DNA from: Spirochaetia bacterium
Lineage (GTDB): Bacteria > Spirochaetota > Spirochaetia > DSM-16054 > Sediminispirochaetaceae
Direction of reading: 5' to 3'
Length of the DNA stretch: 64,000 nucleotides
Assembly: GCA_034520965.1 (NCBI GenBank)
Contig: JAXHMY010000009.1
Coordinates: forward strand, 1 to 64,000
Position numbers and translations under genes: made by a program. Each line of letters begins with the position of its first letter. Within the stretch, counting starts at the first letter, position 1. Of the stretch, positions 52,120 to 62,123 are shown in pieces. The notes beneath the pieces were generated by a model that saw only the letters and a program-made list of their open reading frames with translations, was not told the origin of the DNA and searched no databases.

Positions 52120-52445
52120 AGAAAGTCAGGCCTCAGCGATCAACGAGTCACCGGTCTCAATTGAGGAGATGTCCGGAAACATTAACAGCATCGCCCGGGT
52201 CAGCGAAGAGAAGTTCAAGATGGCCCGGGAACTTGAAAAAACAAGTGAGCAGGGTGAGCAGGATATGGTGAACACCCGGGCACTGATGAAAAAGGTTGCC
52301 GAATCTGCCAACGTGATGATGAACATGATCGGAATGATCGATGACATCGCCGCACAAACAAATCTTCTTGCGATGAATGCAGCCATTGAGGCTGCCCACG
52401 CTGGAGACGCCGGTCGTGGTTTTGCTGTTGTTGTTAGAAATCTTC
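52120..52445 (+). pseudogene. Methyl-accepting chemotaxis protein fragment
   Basis: [32 protein letters not shown], cut off at the end of the convergent PIN gene. Confidence 0.85.
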
Positions 52446-52452
52446 TTTTTCT

Positions 52453-52869
52453 TCATTGAAATAATTTGATAAATTCTTCCGGTAATACAACTGTAATTTT
52501 CGAGTTTTTGTAATCTTCTATATTTCTTGTAATTATATATTCACATTGATTCTCGATAGCGGAATAATATTGCAATGCATCTTCAAAATCTGAGAATTTT
52601 GATCTTAATGCTTCTAATACATTCTGATGATCGATTGTTATTATTGCTATATACTTAACGATATTTTTGATGAATTTTCGTGCATTAGCATCTCCCCCAG
52701 ATTTCCTCAAAATATAGTAGATATTCGCAATGCAATTTGATGACAAATTTCCAATAATAATATTATTCTCTGCCATTGCCAGGATCATTTTGCTGGAAGC
52801 AAAGAATGGATCGCGTGCTAATGCTACATCCAATATTACATCGGTATCGATAAAAGCCTTTTTTATCAT
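52453..52869 (-). CDS. PIN-domain toxin
   Basis: [25 protein letters not shown]. Confidence 0.9.
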   Translation of the reverse strand: MIKKAFIDTDVILDVALARDPFFASSKMILAMAENNIIIGNLSSNCIANIYYILRKSGGDANARKFIKNIVKYIAIITIDHQNVLEALRSKFSDFEDALQYYSAIENQCEYIITRNIEDYKNSKITVVLPEEFIKLFQ

Positions 52870-53120
52870 AAGTATTTTTCCTGTAATGCTTCTTCGAGCA
52901 TATCTTTATATGATTTTCCATTATCAGTAAACATTCCAGAAATACTATCGGTTATTGGTGATTTTATCGATGATAAAGAACTTTCAGACTCATAGCTAAA
53001 AGTTAAATTTTTAAGATACTCTTCTACAATTCGCGAAACGCTTCTATTCTTCTTTTGAGCATATTCCTTCGCCTGTTCCACTACTGATTGATCGATTGTT
53101 AGAGTAAGCTTTGTTAACAT
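52866..53120 (-). CDS. DUF6364 antitoxin
   Basis: TKLTLTID..AKEYA..SVSRIVEEYL. Confidence 0.85.
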   Translation of the reverse strand: MLTKLTLTIDQSVVEQAKEYAQKKNRSVSRIVEEYLKNLTFSYESESSLSSIKSPITDSISGMFTDNGKSYKDMLEEALQEKYL

Positions 53121-53398
53121 ATATCACCTCACACGTATAATATAATACACAAACACGTGTTATTCAATAGGCACATATATAATTTTTATAAAAAAATCCA
53201 ACGTAACTATTCAGCACAATCCAGAAAAAGTCGCCTAAAGGTCTGAAATCCCACGTGATAATAGACTACACTGTGGTTTATGGAAGTGAGTCGAACGCCG
53301 GGCTGGACTTACCCGGATTGACTTCTTAAATGTCTATTGTACCGGTATTATTTAATTAGAGGGAAACTAATGTTACAATTTCTAGAAGGAGGTTGAGT

Positions 53399-53935
53399 AT
53401 GAGTAGTTATGAGATTCACGGTATTCAAATCGAAATAGTTGTGGGAGATATCGCCGCCCAGGACGGAATAGATGCGGTAGTAAATGCTGCCAACGCGCAG
53501 CTGCTTATCGGCGGCGGAGTTGCGGGGGCGCTGCACCGCGCCGCCGGCCCCGGTTTGGCGGAAGAGTGTCGCCCCTACGCGCCAATAAGCCCCGGACAGG
53601 CGGTAATTACAGGGGCACACCAGCTACCCAATAGCCACGTCATTCATTGTCTCGGTCCGATTTATGGAGTAGATGAACCCGCCCAGCAGTACCTGGAAGA
53701 GTGTTACCGAAATGCCGTCAAACTGGCCGAAGAGAATGCCCTCGGTTCAATTGCCTTTCCGGCAATCTCAACCGGAGCCTTTGGTTACCCCTTTGAATCG
53801 GCCACCCGAACCGCGCTGAAGACGGTGTGCTCGCTGCTTCCACAACTTCAACACCTAAAGAGAATTCGATTCGTACTGTTCACTCGGGCGGATAAAGAGG
53901 AATACGAGCGGCTGCTGCCGGAGCTGTGTAAATAG
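53399..53935 (+). CDS. Macro-domain ADP-ribose hydrolase (YmdB-like)
   Basis: GDIA, VVNAAN..GGGVAGA, IAFPAISTGAFGYP. Confidence 0.92.
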   Translation: MSSYEIHGIQIEIVVGDIAAQDGIDAVVNAANAQLLIGGGVAGALHRAAGPGLAEECRPYAPISPGQAVITGAHQLPNSHVIHCLGPIYGVDEPAQQYLEECYRNAVKLAEENALGSIAFPAISTGAFGYPFESATRTALKTVCSLLPQLQHLKRIRFVLFTRADKEEYERLLPELCK

Positions 53936-53975
53936 CTCCCCGCTTCAACGCGGGGAAAGCTGAACACCGCCGCCT

Positions 53976-54581
53976 TTACCCCTGCTTTTTTTCGGCCAGT
54001 TGCTGTTTGGCCAATGTGAGAACCCCTCTTTTCTTTATGATGTCTTTGATGGAGTTCGGGTTGGGAAAACTAATCGCATCATAGATGCACCACACCTGAC
54101 ATGAGGTGCATCCGACCATGCATTGCAGGGGCCGTGCGACCACCGAAACCCCGTTCTCTGCATCAAAATCGAATACACTACGCCCGCAGCTGGTGACGCA
54201 CATTCCGCAGCCGACACATTTATCGGTATCGACGCTAGGATACCATTCGATTTCCTCGCGGGGAATGCCTTTCCATTTTGCAAATTGTTCGGGAAGTCCC
54301 GACGAGCTCTTTGGCTGAGCATCTGCACGCTTGCGGCAATGAGATGTGATAAAGCTTTTAATGTGATTCTTTGACCAGTTGTGACCCTGGGTGAGGATTT
54401 TATCGTCGATCACCAGTGCCGGGGTAAGGAATATCTGTTTTTCCTCCAGCTCCAGAATCTCCTGTATGTTGTGGACCACATCCAACTGGCACTCCAGCTG
54501 TTCTTCGTGAATGATGTCCTCGACATGGCTTTTTAGCTCATTTTGTAATGAGCCCTCAGTACCGATAATTTGAATCTTCAT
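53976..54581 (-). CDS. Thioredoxin-like (MTH895-type, lacking CxxC) domain fused to a 4Fe-4S ferredoxin
   Basis: MKIQIIG..TPALVIDD; CVGCGMCVTSC, CMVGCTSCQVWC. Confidence 0.8.
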   Translation of the reverse strand: MKIQIIGTEGSLQNELKSHVEDIIHEEQLECQLDVVHNIQEILELEEKQIFLTPALVIDDKILTQGHNWSKNHIKSFITSHCRKRADAQPKSSSGLPEQFAKWKGIPREEIEWYPSVDTDKCVGCGMCVTSCGRSVFDFDAENGVSVVARPLQCMVGCTSCQVWCIYDAISFPNPNSIKDIIKKRGVLTLAKQQLAEKKQG

Positions 54582-54591
54582 ACTTTCCTCC

Positions 54592-55359
54592 CTATTTGGA
54601 ATGGTTTTGAAATATGTCCTTGCGCAAAAGTTCTTTCGCCTTCGCGCTCTTGAGCATGGTGTAGGCGTTTTTCTCTCTCGAATTCGGCATTGCCTTCTCT
54701 GAGAGCGCCTCAATATGCTCTTTCACTTTGCCTATATCTTTGTAGGGAAACCCCAGTACGGCCTCGCCGGTGTGTATGTCCGTTGCGTCTCTGCACCCGT
54801 AGCAGCCGTAGCTGAGATTCAGTTTTTGCTGTTGATAAGGAATCAGGGTTGCATCCACACAGGTTGCCTGTAAAACGGCCGTAGAGCTCTCGATTCGCCT
54901 GCCTCCGGTGAGGTTTACATATGCCAACGCGATCCACATGAGGTTTTCCACCGTGTCCTCCACAACAACCACATCGGGGCTTATTGCGGAGTCCTCGAGC
55001 GGGAACAGATATAGTTCTTTGAGTGTATTCGGCTCGAGAGTTGTCATGCCCCGAAACATCTCCGCACCGGTTTCATCTTCCTTGGTAATGCCGAAGCCGG
55101 ACAGGCCTTTACCGCTCTTGAGCCCGGCGGGCAGGTCTTTAAAGCCGAAGGCGGCCGCGGCGGCCGGACAGGAGATACCTTCGCCGTCGAGAACAACGTG
55201 TTCACCCCTGCGTGCGCGCATCAGGGCCTGACAGTAGCGATGATTCCTTACATGCACGGTATCGGCTGGAATTTCTTCTGTGCCATCGAAGTAGAACTTC
55301 ACCCCAACCGGGTATGAAGACAAACCGATGAGTTCTTTTAAAGTTTGTGTAGTATCCAA
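54592..55359 (-). CDS. DUF169-family protein
   Basis: PVGVKF, YCQA, SCPAAAAAFG, PDVVV, QATCVD, GCYGCR. Confidence 0.82.
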   Translation of the reverse strand: MDTTQTLKELIGLSSYPVGVKFYFDGTEEIPADTVHVRNHRYCQALMRARRGEHVVLDGEGISCPAAAAAFGFKDLPAGLKSGKGLSGFGITKEDETGAEMFRGMTTLEPNTLKELYLFPLEDSAISPDVVVVEDTVENLMWIALAYVNLTGGRRIESSTAVLQATCVDATLIPYQQQKLNLSYGCYGCRDATDIHTGEAVLGFPYKDIGKVKEHIEALSEKAMPNSREKNAYTMLKSAKAKELLRKDIFQNHSK

Positions 55360-55445
55360 TTATGTATCCTCCTATTTGGCAAAATAACCAAAAATACGTT
55401 ATTTGTCAAGGTTATATCAGTAGGTAGAACCCCGGATATGCTCTG

Positions 55446-56810
55446 TCAAACTCCCCCTCGAGCGTTTTGGTTTAGCCACGCCGCGGCGGCCATCTGCAGC
55501 GGATCCCAGGGGCTGCTCAGGGGCGGGGTATAACTCAGATCCAGCATAATAAACTCCGCCACGCTGAGACCTCGATGGAGGGAAACAGCCACAATGTCTA
55601 TTCGTTTGGAAATCTCCGCCTGTATCGCTCCGATAATCTGGCATCCGAGGACCTTATGGGTCTTTTGATCGGCGGTAAATCGTATTTTTACATTATACGC
55701 AGGACGATAGTAGCCCTTATGATCGGTGGTCTCGAAACTGCAGGTGTAAGGCTGGTATCCGGCCTCCAGGGCTTCCCGGTCGTTCAGGCCGGTTCTGGCA
55801 ACTACCATATCGAAGAGTTTTAGCGATTGGGTCCCGAGAGTACCGGGGTATTCGCTTTTTAGCCCGCAGATATTCTCGCCGATAATTCTGCCGTGCTTGT
55901 GCGCCGAGGTCCCCAGTGCTATATACGCCGCTTGTCCGGTAATCGCATGGATAGATTCGGCGCAGTCTCCTCCGGCATACACGTCTTTGACGCTGGTCTC
56001 CATTTTCCGATTCACCTTCACCGCGCCCTTTATTCCGGTTTCGACACCTATGCTGCGGGCAAGGGAGGTCTCCGGGAGGGCGCCTACCGCGACAAGCACC
56101 ATGTCCGCCGTAAAATTGTGCTCGGCTCCCGCCGACACCTCCAGCCTGCCGCCCTTTTCTCCGATGTGCTCAACTTTTTTGCCGACGAAGATCTGTGCGC
56201 CCTGTTCCTCAAGGTAATTTTTTACCACCTCACCGAATTCACTATCTACGGTCGTGAGAATATGGTCGAAGAACTCAACGAGTTTTACCTTTATCCCCCT
56301 TCTGATGAGGGCTTCCGTCATCTCAAGGCCGATATATCCGCCGCCGATTATCACCGCTTCACGGGGCTGTTTCTCTTTTATAAATTGGTCGATTCGCCGT
56401 GCCTCATCGATCCATCGGAGGGTAAACACCCCGGGAAGGTCTATCCCGGGTATATTCGGGGTGACGGACTTTCCCCCCGTCCCCAGCACCAGCTTATCGT
56501 AGCGAAGCTCCACTTCCCTTCCCTCGGAGTCGGTAAAGACAATTCTTTTTTCTCTCGGGTCGATAGAGTGAACTTCAGACCCGATGTATAAGTCCAGGCC
56601 GGTAGACCGAATCTCCTCCGCCGTCCGGTGGGCCAAACTCATGTACTCTTCGATCTCTCCCCCCAAGAAAAAGGGGATCCCGCAGATGCTGAAGTTCGGA
56701 AAGTTATTTCCTGAGATTACCGTAACTTCAGATTCAGGGTCGATCTGTCTTATCCTCAAGGCGGCGGTGATACCCACATCGCTGCCGCCTATTACCACAA
56801 CCTTTCTCAT
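55446..56810 (-). CDS. CoA-disulfide reductase/NADH oxidase-family flavoprotein
   Basis: GGSDVG, NFSICGIP, GGGYIGLE, YAGGDC, LDLSYTPP. Confidence 0.9.
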   Translation of the reverse strand: MRKVVVIGGSDVGITAALRIRQIDPESEVTVISGNNFPNFSICGIPFFLGGEIEEYMSLAHRTAEEIRSTGLDLYIGSEVHSIDPREKRIVFTDSEGREVELRYDKLVLGTGGKSVTPNIPGIDLPGVFTLRWIDEARRIDQFIKEKQPREAVIIGGGYIGLEMTEALIRRGIKVKLVEFFDHILTTVDSEFGEVVKNYLEEQGAQIFVGKKVEHIGEKGGRLEVSAGAEHNFTADMVLVAVGALPETSLARSIGVETGIKGAVKVNRKMETSVKDVYAGGDCAESIHAITGQAAYIALGTSAHKHGRIIGENICGLKSEYPGTLGTQSLKLFDMVVARTGLNDREALEAGYQPYTCSFETTDHKGYYRPAYNVKIRFTADQKTHKVLGCQIIGAIQAEISKRIDIVAVSLHRGLSVAEFIMLDLSYTPPLSSPWDPLQMAAAAWLNQNARGGV

Positions 56811-56861
56811 GTGCGATACTCCTTGGAAAACTGTCGCCGTCGAAGTGGATGCCCTTGCTGC

Positions 56862-57275
56862 TCATTGTGTATGGGCACTACTCTTTTGCGTGTGGGTATT
56901 AAATCCCTCAAAAGGTACCCATTGTCCGATGGTTTTGCAGGTAAATCCCCTCCGCCGGTAGTCCTTTAACCTTTCGATATCACCGGCGAATATCTCCCTG
57001 GATCGACTGGCCTGCTCTATCACCCGGTGCAGAAGGCTGCCGTCGGAGCGATGCTCCGGTGCAATGAGAAAATGGATCCACTGGGCTTGTTTGTAGCTGC
57101 TGAGAAATCCGGAGGTGCGAAGACGTTCCAGTTGTCTCGATGTATTTGACTGTCTCATATCCAGTATGTTTTCGAACTCGCAGCCGCACAGGTCCTCGGC
57201 CTCCCACAGAAGCGAGAGGATCCGCAGTCGATTCAGGTCGGACATGGCCTTTAACTCGTCGATTATATCCCGCAT
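56862..57275 (-). CDS. arsR: ArsR/SmtB regulator
   Basis: RLRIL..LCGCE..QSNTSRQL. Confidence 0.85.
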   Translation of the reverse strand: MRDIIDELKAMSDLNRLRILSLLWEAEDLCGCEFENILDMRQSNTSRQLERLRTSGFLSSYKQAQWIHFLIAPEHRSDGSLLHRVIEQASRSREIFAGDIERLKDYRRRGFTCKTIGQWVPFEGFNTHTQKSSAHTQ

Positions 57276-57300
57276 TGTTTTCTATCCCTGCCTCTTTTTT

Positions 57301-58353
57301 TTAAGTGTAGGCTTGAAAGGAGCCGCGGGTAGCTACGGCTATCTTTACCAGGGTCAGCATAACCGGCACTTCCACCAATACTCCGACCACTGTAGCTAAA
57401 GCCGCCCCCGATTGTAAGCCGAACAAGCTTACCGCAACAGCCACTGAAAGCTCGAAGAAGTTGCTGGCCCCGATCATCGCGCCGGGACCTGCTATACCAT
57501 GGGGAACTTTCCATAGCTTGGCCCATCCGTAGGCGATACCGAAGATCAAAAATGTCTGAATGACCAGGGGCACCGCGATAAGCAGAATGTGAATGGGATT
57601 ATTCAGAATCGTCTCTCCCTGGAAAGAGAAGAGAATAATAAGGGTGAGCAGCAGTCCGCCGATGGTGGTGTTATCGAATTTTTTCAAAAACACATTTTCA
57701 AAATAGTCGGAGCCGCGACGCTTGATAATAGTGCGCCGAGAGATGTATCCACCGGCCAGGGGAATGACTACAAACAGGACTACCGACAGGAACAGGGTGT
57801 CGTAGGGAACCTGAATATTGCTCACTCCCAGGAGGAAGGCGACGATCGGGGTGAAGGCCACCAGGATGATCAGGTCGTTGACCGCCACCTGGACAACCGT
57901 GTAGGCGGGGTCGCCGTCGGAGAGGTAGCTCCAGACAAATACCATGGCGGTACAGGGGGCGGCTCCCAGGAGCACCGCTCCGGCCAGGTACTCGGTGGCC
58001 AGGCCGGATTCAATGAAAGGAGCAAACACAATTTTAAGAAAGAAATAGGCGATAAGGTACATGGTGAAGGGCTTGATCAGCCAGTTTGTGACGGTGGTGA
58101 TGGTAAGCCCCTTCGGCTTTTTGGTGGCATTCACGATACTGGTGAAATCGACCTTCAGCATCATTGGGTAGATCATCAGCCATATAAGAATTGCGACCGG
58201 TATTGAAACCCGGGCGTATTCTAGGGTACTGAGAAAATCCGGTATCGCCGGGATAAAACGGCCGATAAGGGTCCCTACCACGATGCAGAGGGCGACCCAG
58301 AGGGTAAGATATCTTTCGAATAAACTGATTTGTTTGGTTTGAGCTTGACTCAT
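57301..58353 (-). CDS. acr3: ACR3-family arsenite efflux transporter
   Basis: FERYLTLWV, MIYPMM, NWLIKPF, APCTAMVFVWS, GASNFFEL, GVLVEVP. Confidence 0.95.
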   Translation of the reverse strand: MSQAQTKQISLFERYLTLWVALCIVVGTLIGRFIPAIPDFLSTLEYARVSIPVAILIWLMIYPMMLKVDFTSIVNATKKPKGLTITTVTNWLIKPFTMYLIAYFFLKIVFAPFIESGLATEYLAGAVLLGAAPCTAMVFVWSYLSDGDPAYTVVQVAVNDLIILVAFTPIVAFLLGVSNIQVPYDTLFLSVVLFVVIPLAGGYISRRTIIKRRGSDYFENVFLKKFDNTTIGGLLLTLIILFSFQGETILNNPIHILLIAVPLVIQTFLIFGIAYGWAKLWKVPHGIAGPGAMIGASNFFELSVAVAVSLFGLQSGAALATVVGVLVEVPVMLTLVKIAVATRGSFQAYT

Positions 58354-58452
58354 GTATTCCGATCCTCCATAAGTATGAATAATTAATCATATAGCAATAT
58401 ACATATAGAAGCACTGCCTGTCAACACAATCTATATGGGGCGTACCGTTTAT

Positions 58453-59337
58453 CTATTCTGTTTTCCAAAAGGGAACAAGAAGAACCGACACAGGGGAATG
58501 ATGGGCGACTTTCTCGCTCACTCCTCCCAGAAGGATCTCCTCTATGTATCCTCTTCCCTGTTTACCCATGACTATGAAGGTTGCACCTTTTTCTGCAACC
58601 GTGGTGAGTATTTCCTGGGATGGATTACCGTACGAGAGAACTGTATCAATTTGCAGAGAGGAGTCTACTTTGTTTAGGTGTTCTTTTAGCTTGTTAAGCC
58701 GCTCGGTATCAATACTGTTAAATTCGTCAAGCTTGTGATTCAGGTGGGGATCTATTTTTTCTTTGTTCTGTACATGTAACAGGGTAAGCCGATGTATTCC
58801 TTTGGAGACAAGGAACTCTAAAACTTGAAACGCGTGGTCGGCATTCTCTGAAAAATCCGTTGGATAGAGAATATGGTCTCCAAATCCGCAGGCGCCTTCT
58901 ACACATTCCTCCCCTTTCTCGTTTTCCCCTTTTTGAAGTCGGAGAAGAAGCGTGGGGCGTGTGCTGTGGATGAGCAGGTTGGTAGCTATATCTCCAAGTA
59001 AAATATCTTCGGCAAAACTGTGCTGGTGTGAACCGACGACAATTAGATCGGCCTGGTTTTTATCTGCAAGTTTATTGATTTTTTTGTGGACCGAACCTGT
59101 AAGAACTTCGGTGTTTACTTGAAACCCCTGTGCTTCAAGACTTTCTTTTTCGGCCTCGAGACTGTGCTTCAAAGTTGTTCCTTGATACGAATATGCCATG
59201 GACGCGGCGGTCCCCATGGACATACATTGCGTAAGTAGTGCTTTTTCGGTTCCAATAAATTTCAGAGCACCCAGACAATCCACGACTTCCTTGGATGCCG
59301 ATGAGACATCGGTTGCTACTATCATTGTATTAAACAT
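58453..59337 (-). CDS. Tandem universal stress protein
   Basis: VATDVS, IVVGSH..LLG; YPTDFS, IVMG..ILLGGVSEKV. Confidence 0.9.
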   Translation of the reverse strand: MFNTMIVATDVSSASKEVVDCLGALKFIGTEKALLTQCMSMGTAASMAYSYQGTTLKHSLEAEKESLEAQGFQVNTEVLTGSVHKKINKLADKNQADLIVVGSHQHSFAEDILLGDIATNLLIHSTRPTLLLRLQKGENEKGEECVEGACGFGDHILYPTDFSENADHAFQVLEFLVSKGIHRLTLLHVQNKEKIDPHLNHKLDEFNSIDTERLNKLKEHLNKVDSSLQIDTVLSYGNPSQEILTTVAEKGATFIVMGKQGRGYIEEILLGGVSEKVAHHSPVSVLLVPFWKTE

Positions 59338-59482
59338 AGACTCCTCCTGTTTCTATCGTATATGATAATATTAACATATAGTGGTAAGCTGTGAGTGTCA
59401 AGTGCTGTCTCAGGAATATCACTAATCTTGATGTTAATGTAACGTTCACTCCCGTTTTGTAAAAAAATTTTCTTGTTCAGTC

Positions 59483-59540
59483 TTGACAGTGTAAAATATA
59501 ATTACCATATTTCATGCATATGTGCGCATGTATGCATGTA
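59483..59540 (+). promoter_or_regulatory. Promoter with downstream palindromic (ArsR-type) operator
   Basis: TTGACA-17-CATATT then CATGCATATGTGCGCATGTATGCATG. Confidence 0.6.
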
Positions 59541-59569
59541 ATAATAGGTAAAGGAGAGTTGAGAACGTC

Positions 59570-60040
59570 GTGGGAGGCGTTACATCCAAGGAGAAGCAGA
59601 TGAACGAAATGATCGAGGTGTTCAAGGTCCTCTCTGATGAGACACGCCTACGTATTGTCCGTCTCTTTCTGCATGCAGAGGTCTCCCTCTGTGTGTGTGA
59701 GATTGTGGATGCATTAGGTCTGCCGCAGTACAAAGTCTCGCGGCATCTATCGGCCCTCAAAAACGCCGGATTGATGGATGCCACGAAAAAGGGGACCTGG
59801 GCCTATCACCAGTTAAAAGTCGATTCACCGCTCCTTTCAAAGCTATGGGAGTTCATCGGCTCTACCTCCTTGGATGAGGATGGCGAGCTGTTGCTGGAGC
59901 GTGACCGTGAGGTATTAGATTGGCGGCTGTCTCTGCGAGATAACGACATGTGTGTGGTTGGGCTCTCTCCCGGCACAGGGAAGGACGAAGCTGGGATGAC
60001 CGAAAATGATGAAAATAGAACGAAACAAAATGATAGATGA
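59570..60040 (+). CDS. arsR: ArsR regulator
   Basis: FKVLSDETRLRI..LCVCEI..VSRHL. Confidence 0.9.
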   Translation: MGGVTSKEKQMNEMIEVFKVLSDETRLRIVRLFLHAEVSLCVCEIVDALGLPQYKVSRHLSALKNAGLMDATKKGTWAYHQLKVDSPLLSKLWEFIGSTSLDEDGELLLERDREVLDWRLSLRDNDMCVVGLSPGTGKDEAGMTENDENRTKQNDR

Positions 60041-60520
60041 GCGACACGAAACAAAACGACTCCGCCGTCAAAATAGAGATTTTCGACCCGCCTATGTGTT
60101 GCCTTGGCGTAATATAAGGAGCGAATTCTTGCCGATGCCCGAGAGAAATACTCCGAAGACATGCTGATTGCGGTAAAAGAGGAGCTCGAGACACCCTGTA
60201 CGGAAGAGATGGCGGCGTTTGACAAGTTTATGTGGTACGTGGAAAGGGAGGCGTACCGGGCTATGGAAGATCTGCGGGCAGCGGGAATCGACACACAATT
60301 TGTGGTAGCAAACCAGGTGCTTGAAGAGGAGTATTGCAGCAACGACTTCTTCCGCAAGCGGCGTGCGATGCAGGAGAAATATCTATCTGAGATAAACCGA
60401 CTCTTTCAGCTGCCGGTAACGGTTATGCCGCTTTTTGAGACTGAGATCACCGGACTGGAGATGGTCGAGTGGGCTGCTGAGGCTCTCTTTGCGGGAGCCA
60501 TGGAAAAGACTTCACTATAG
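60037..60520 (+). pseudogene. arsD/arsA: arsD 5' stub joined to internally deleted arsA remnants
   Basis: KIEIFDPPMCC then EELETPCTEEMAAFDKF, then EAYRAMEDLRAAGI..VVANQVL..QEKYL; P-loop and DTAPTGH absent. Confidence 0.78.
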
Positions 60521-60569
60521 TTTCGGCTGTTGCCGACTCTATGTGTATAAAAGCGAGGAGGGAGATACG

Positions 60570-60869
60570 ATGGAGCATGTAGTTAGAGTGTTCGTGCCTC
60601 CCCTGGGGGAGTGCGCGGGAAAAAATACCTGGGAAAAAGCCTTAGGGGTGGTGGAATCACGCTTACGCGAAAAACTGGAGTTCGAAGTGCGGTTCGAGAT
60701 AGTCACTCTTTTCAGTAAGGAATTCTTTGCCTACCCCGAGGTGGCATCACTCGTGCAGTCCGGAGAGGGAGAGCCGCCGATTGTGACTCTGGACGACCGA
60801 GTCATTCAGAGAGGAGGAAAACTGCGCGAACGGACTATCCGGGAGGCCCTGGAAGAGAATTTTATATAA
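60570..60869 (+). CDS. ArsD/thioredoxin-fold-like small protein
   Basis: VRVFVPPLGEC..PPIVTLDDRVIQRG; GAGGAG RBS. Confidence 0.55.
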   Translation: MEHVVRVFVPPLGECAGKNTWEKALGVVESRLREKLEFEVRFEIVTLFSKEFFAYPEVASLVQSGEGEPPIVTLDDRVIQRGGKLRERTIREALEENFI

Positions 60870-60881
60870 GGTGAAGAAACT

Positions 60882-61247
60882 GTGTCCAATCTTGACGCAC
60901 GAGAGAAAGAGTTTGCAGAAGGAGTCGCCCAAACAGCGGAATACCACGAGTTTCAAACCGCTGTCGATGCGTATCACAAAGACGAAGAGGCTCTGGAGCT
61001 CTTGCAAAAGTTCCAAACGGCTCAAGAGCAAGCACAAAAGTTTGAGCCCTGGGGAGGGGGCTCAACTGGAGACGAAGAAGATCTGGAGACGCTTCAGGCG
61101 AAAGTGTTGGCACAACCGATGCTTGCCCGATACTTCAGGTCTCAAGAGACGCTTCTCCAGGCGCTCCAGGAGACCAACAGATATATGGCCGACAAGTTGG
61201 GGTTTGATTTTGCCGGGCTCACCAGACCAGCCGGTGGCTGTTGTTAA
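60882..61247 (+). CDS. YlbF-like helical protein ending GGCC
   Basis: EFA..EY.EF..A....DEEA..LL..FQ..P....Y..Q..L..L..N; C-terminal AGGCC*. Confidence 0.7.
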   Translation: MSNLDAREKEFAEGVAQTAEYHEFQTAVDAYHKDEEALELLQKFQTAQEQAQKFEPWGGGSTGDEEDLETLQAKVLAQPMLARYFRSQETLLQALQETNRYMADKLGFDFAGLTRPAGGCC

Positions 61248-61271
61248 AGCTTCGAATAAAGAGGATGCAGT

Positions 61272-61643
61272 ATGATTAGTAGAGAATTACAGAACACAGC
61301 GGACGCCTTGGTGACCGCATTAGAAAAAAACGAGAGCATTTCAGCTTATCAGGCGGCAAAACATCGGTCTGAGAAAAACGAGGAGCTCAAGCAGTTTCGG
61401 TCGAACTATTCCGAACTTCTGCCCGAACTCCAGCAAAAGCAAGCGGACGGAAGCCTCACGCAGGAGGACATTGGAAGCTTACGCTCCCTTCAGGAAAAAA
61501 TCAATCAACACCCGGCCTCTGTCGAATTACTTCGCACCTTGCAGGAGGCAACCCCGATACTGAAAGAGTGCAACAGTACGATAAGCCGGATCCTGGGATT
61601 CGACTTCTCTGCACACGCAGCTCCGCCTTCCGGGTGTTGTTAA
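61272..61643 (+). CDS. YlbF-like helical protein ending SGCC
   Basis: Paralogous pattern, LGFDF..GCC*. Confidence 0.65.
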   Translation: MISRELQNTADALVTALEKNESISAYQAAKHRSEKNEELKQFRSNYSELLPELQQKQADGSLTQEDIGSLRSLQEKINQHPASVELLRTLQEATPILKECNSTISRILGFDFSAHAAPPSGCC

Positions 61644-61721
61644 AATTTACACAACGCTTAGCATAAATATCAGCAATTACGTAAGAGCGGGAATTTCCAC
61701 AGGCGGCGGGATAGCCGAAAC

Positions 61722-62111
61722 TCAATCGACCGATTTGTCAGCTTTATCGAAGTGGGGTTCATCGAAGCTTTGCAAGCCGTCGCCGCGCTTCTGCATCGCG
61801 TGGATACACCGAACTATAGAGCGCGTGCAGCCGGGAACTGCGCTGTAGTAACGAAAGGTACCATCCTCCCGGCAGTGTAGTAGCCCGGCATCGACAAGAA
61901 CGTGTAGATGCCGGGAGAGGGTTGAGGGATCGTCACCCACCATTTCGGCTAAATGCATGACACTTTCCGGCTGATGGCTGACTCGATCGAAGACAAACAG
62001 CCGGGTTGGGTGGCCCAAGGCCCTGAAAATCCGTGCCCACTGTGCGTAACTCGTTCCTGGACTCTTGGGACCTAACGATTTGACTGTGGTACGTCTTTTC
62101 ATGCTCGCCAT
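61722..62111 (-). CDS. ArsR/SmtB regulator
   Basis: IFRALGHPTRL..STLSRHL..GC...RC. Confidence 0.85.
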   Translation of the reverse strand: MASMKRRTTVKSLGPKSPGTSYAQWARIFRALGHPTRLFVFDRVSHQPESVMHLAEMVGDDPSTLSRHLHVLVDAGLLHCREDGTFRYYSAVPGCTRSIVRCIHAMQKRGDGLQSFDEPHFDKADKSVD

Positions 62112-62123
62112 AACCGGGTCCTG

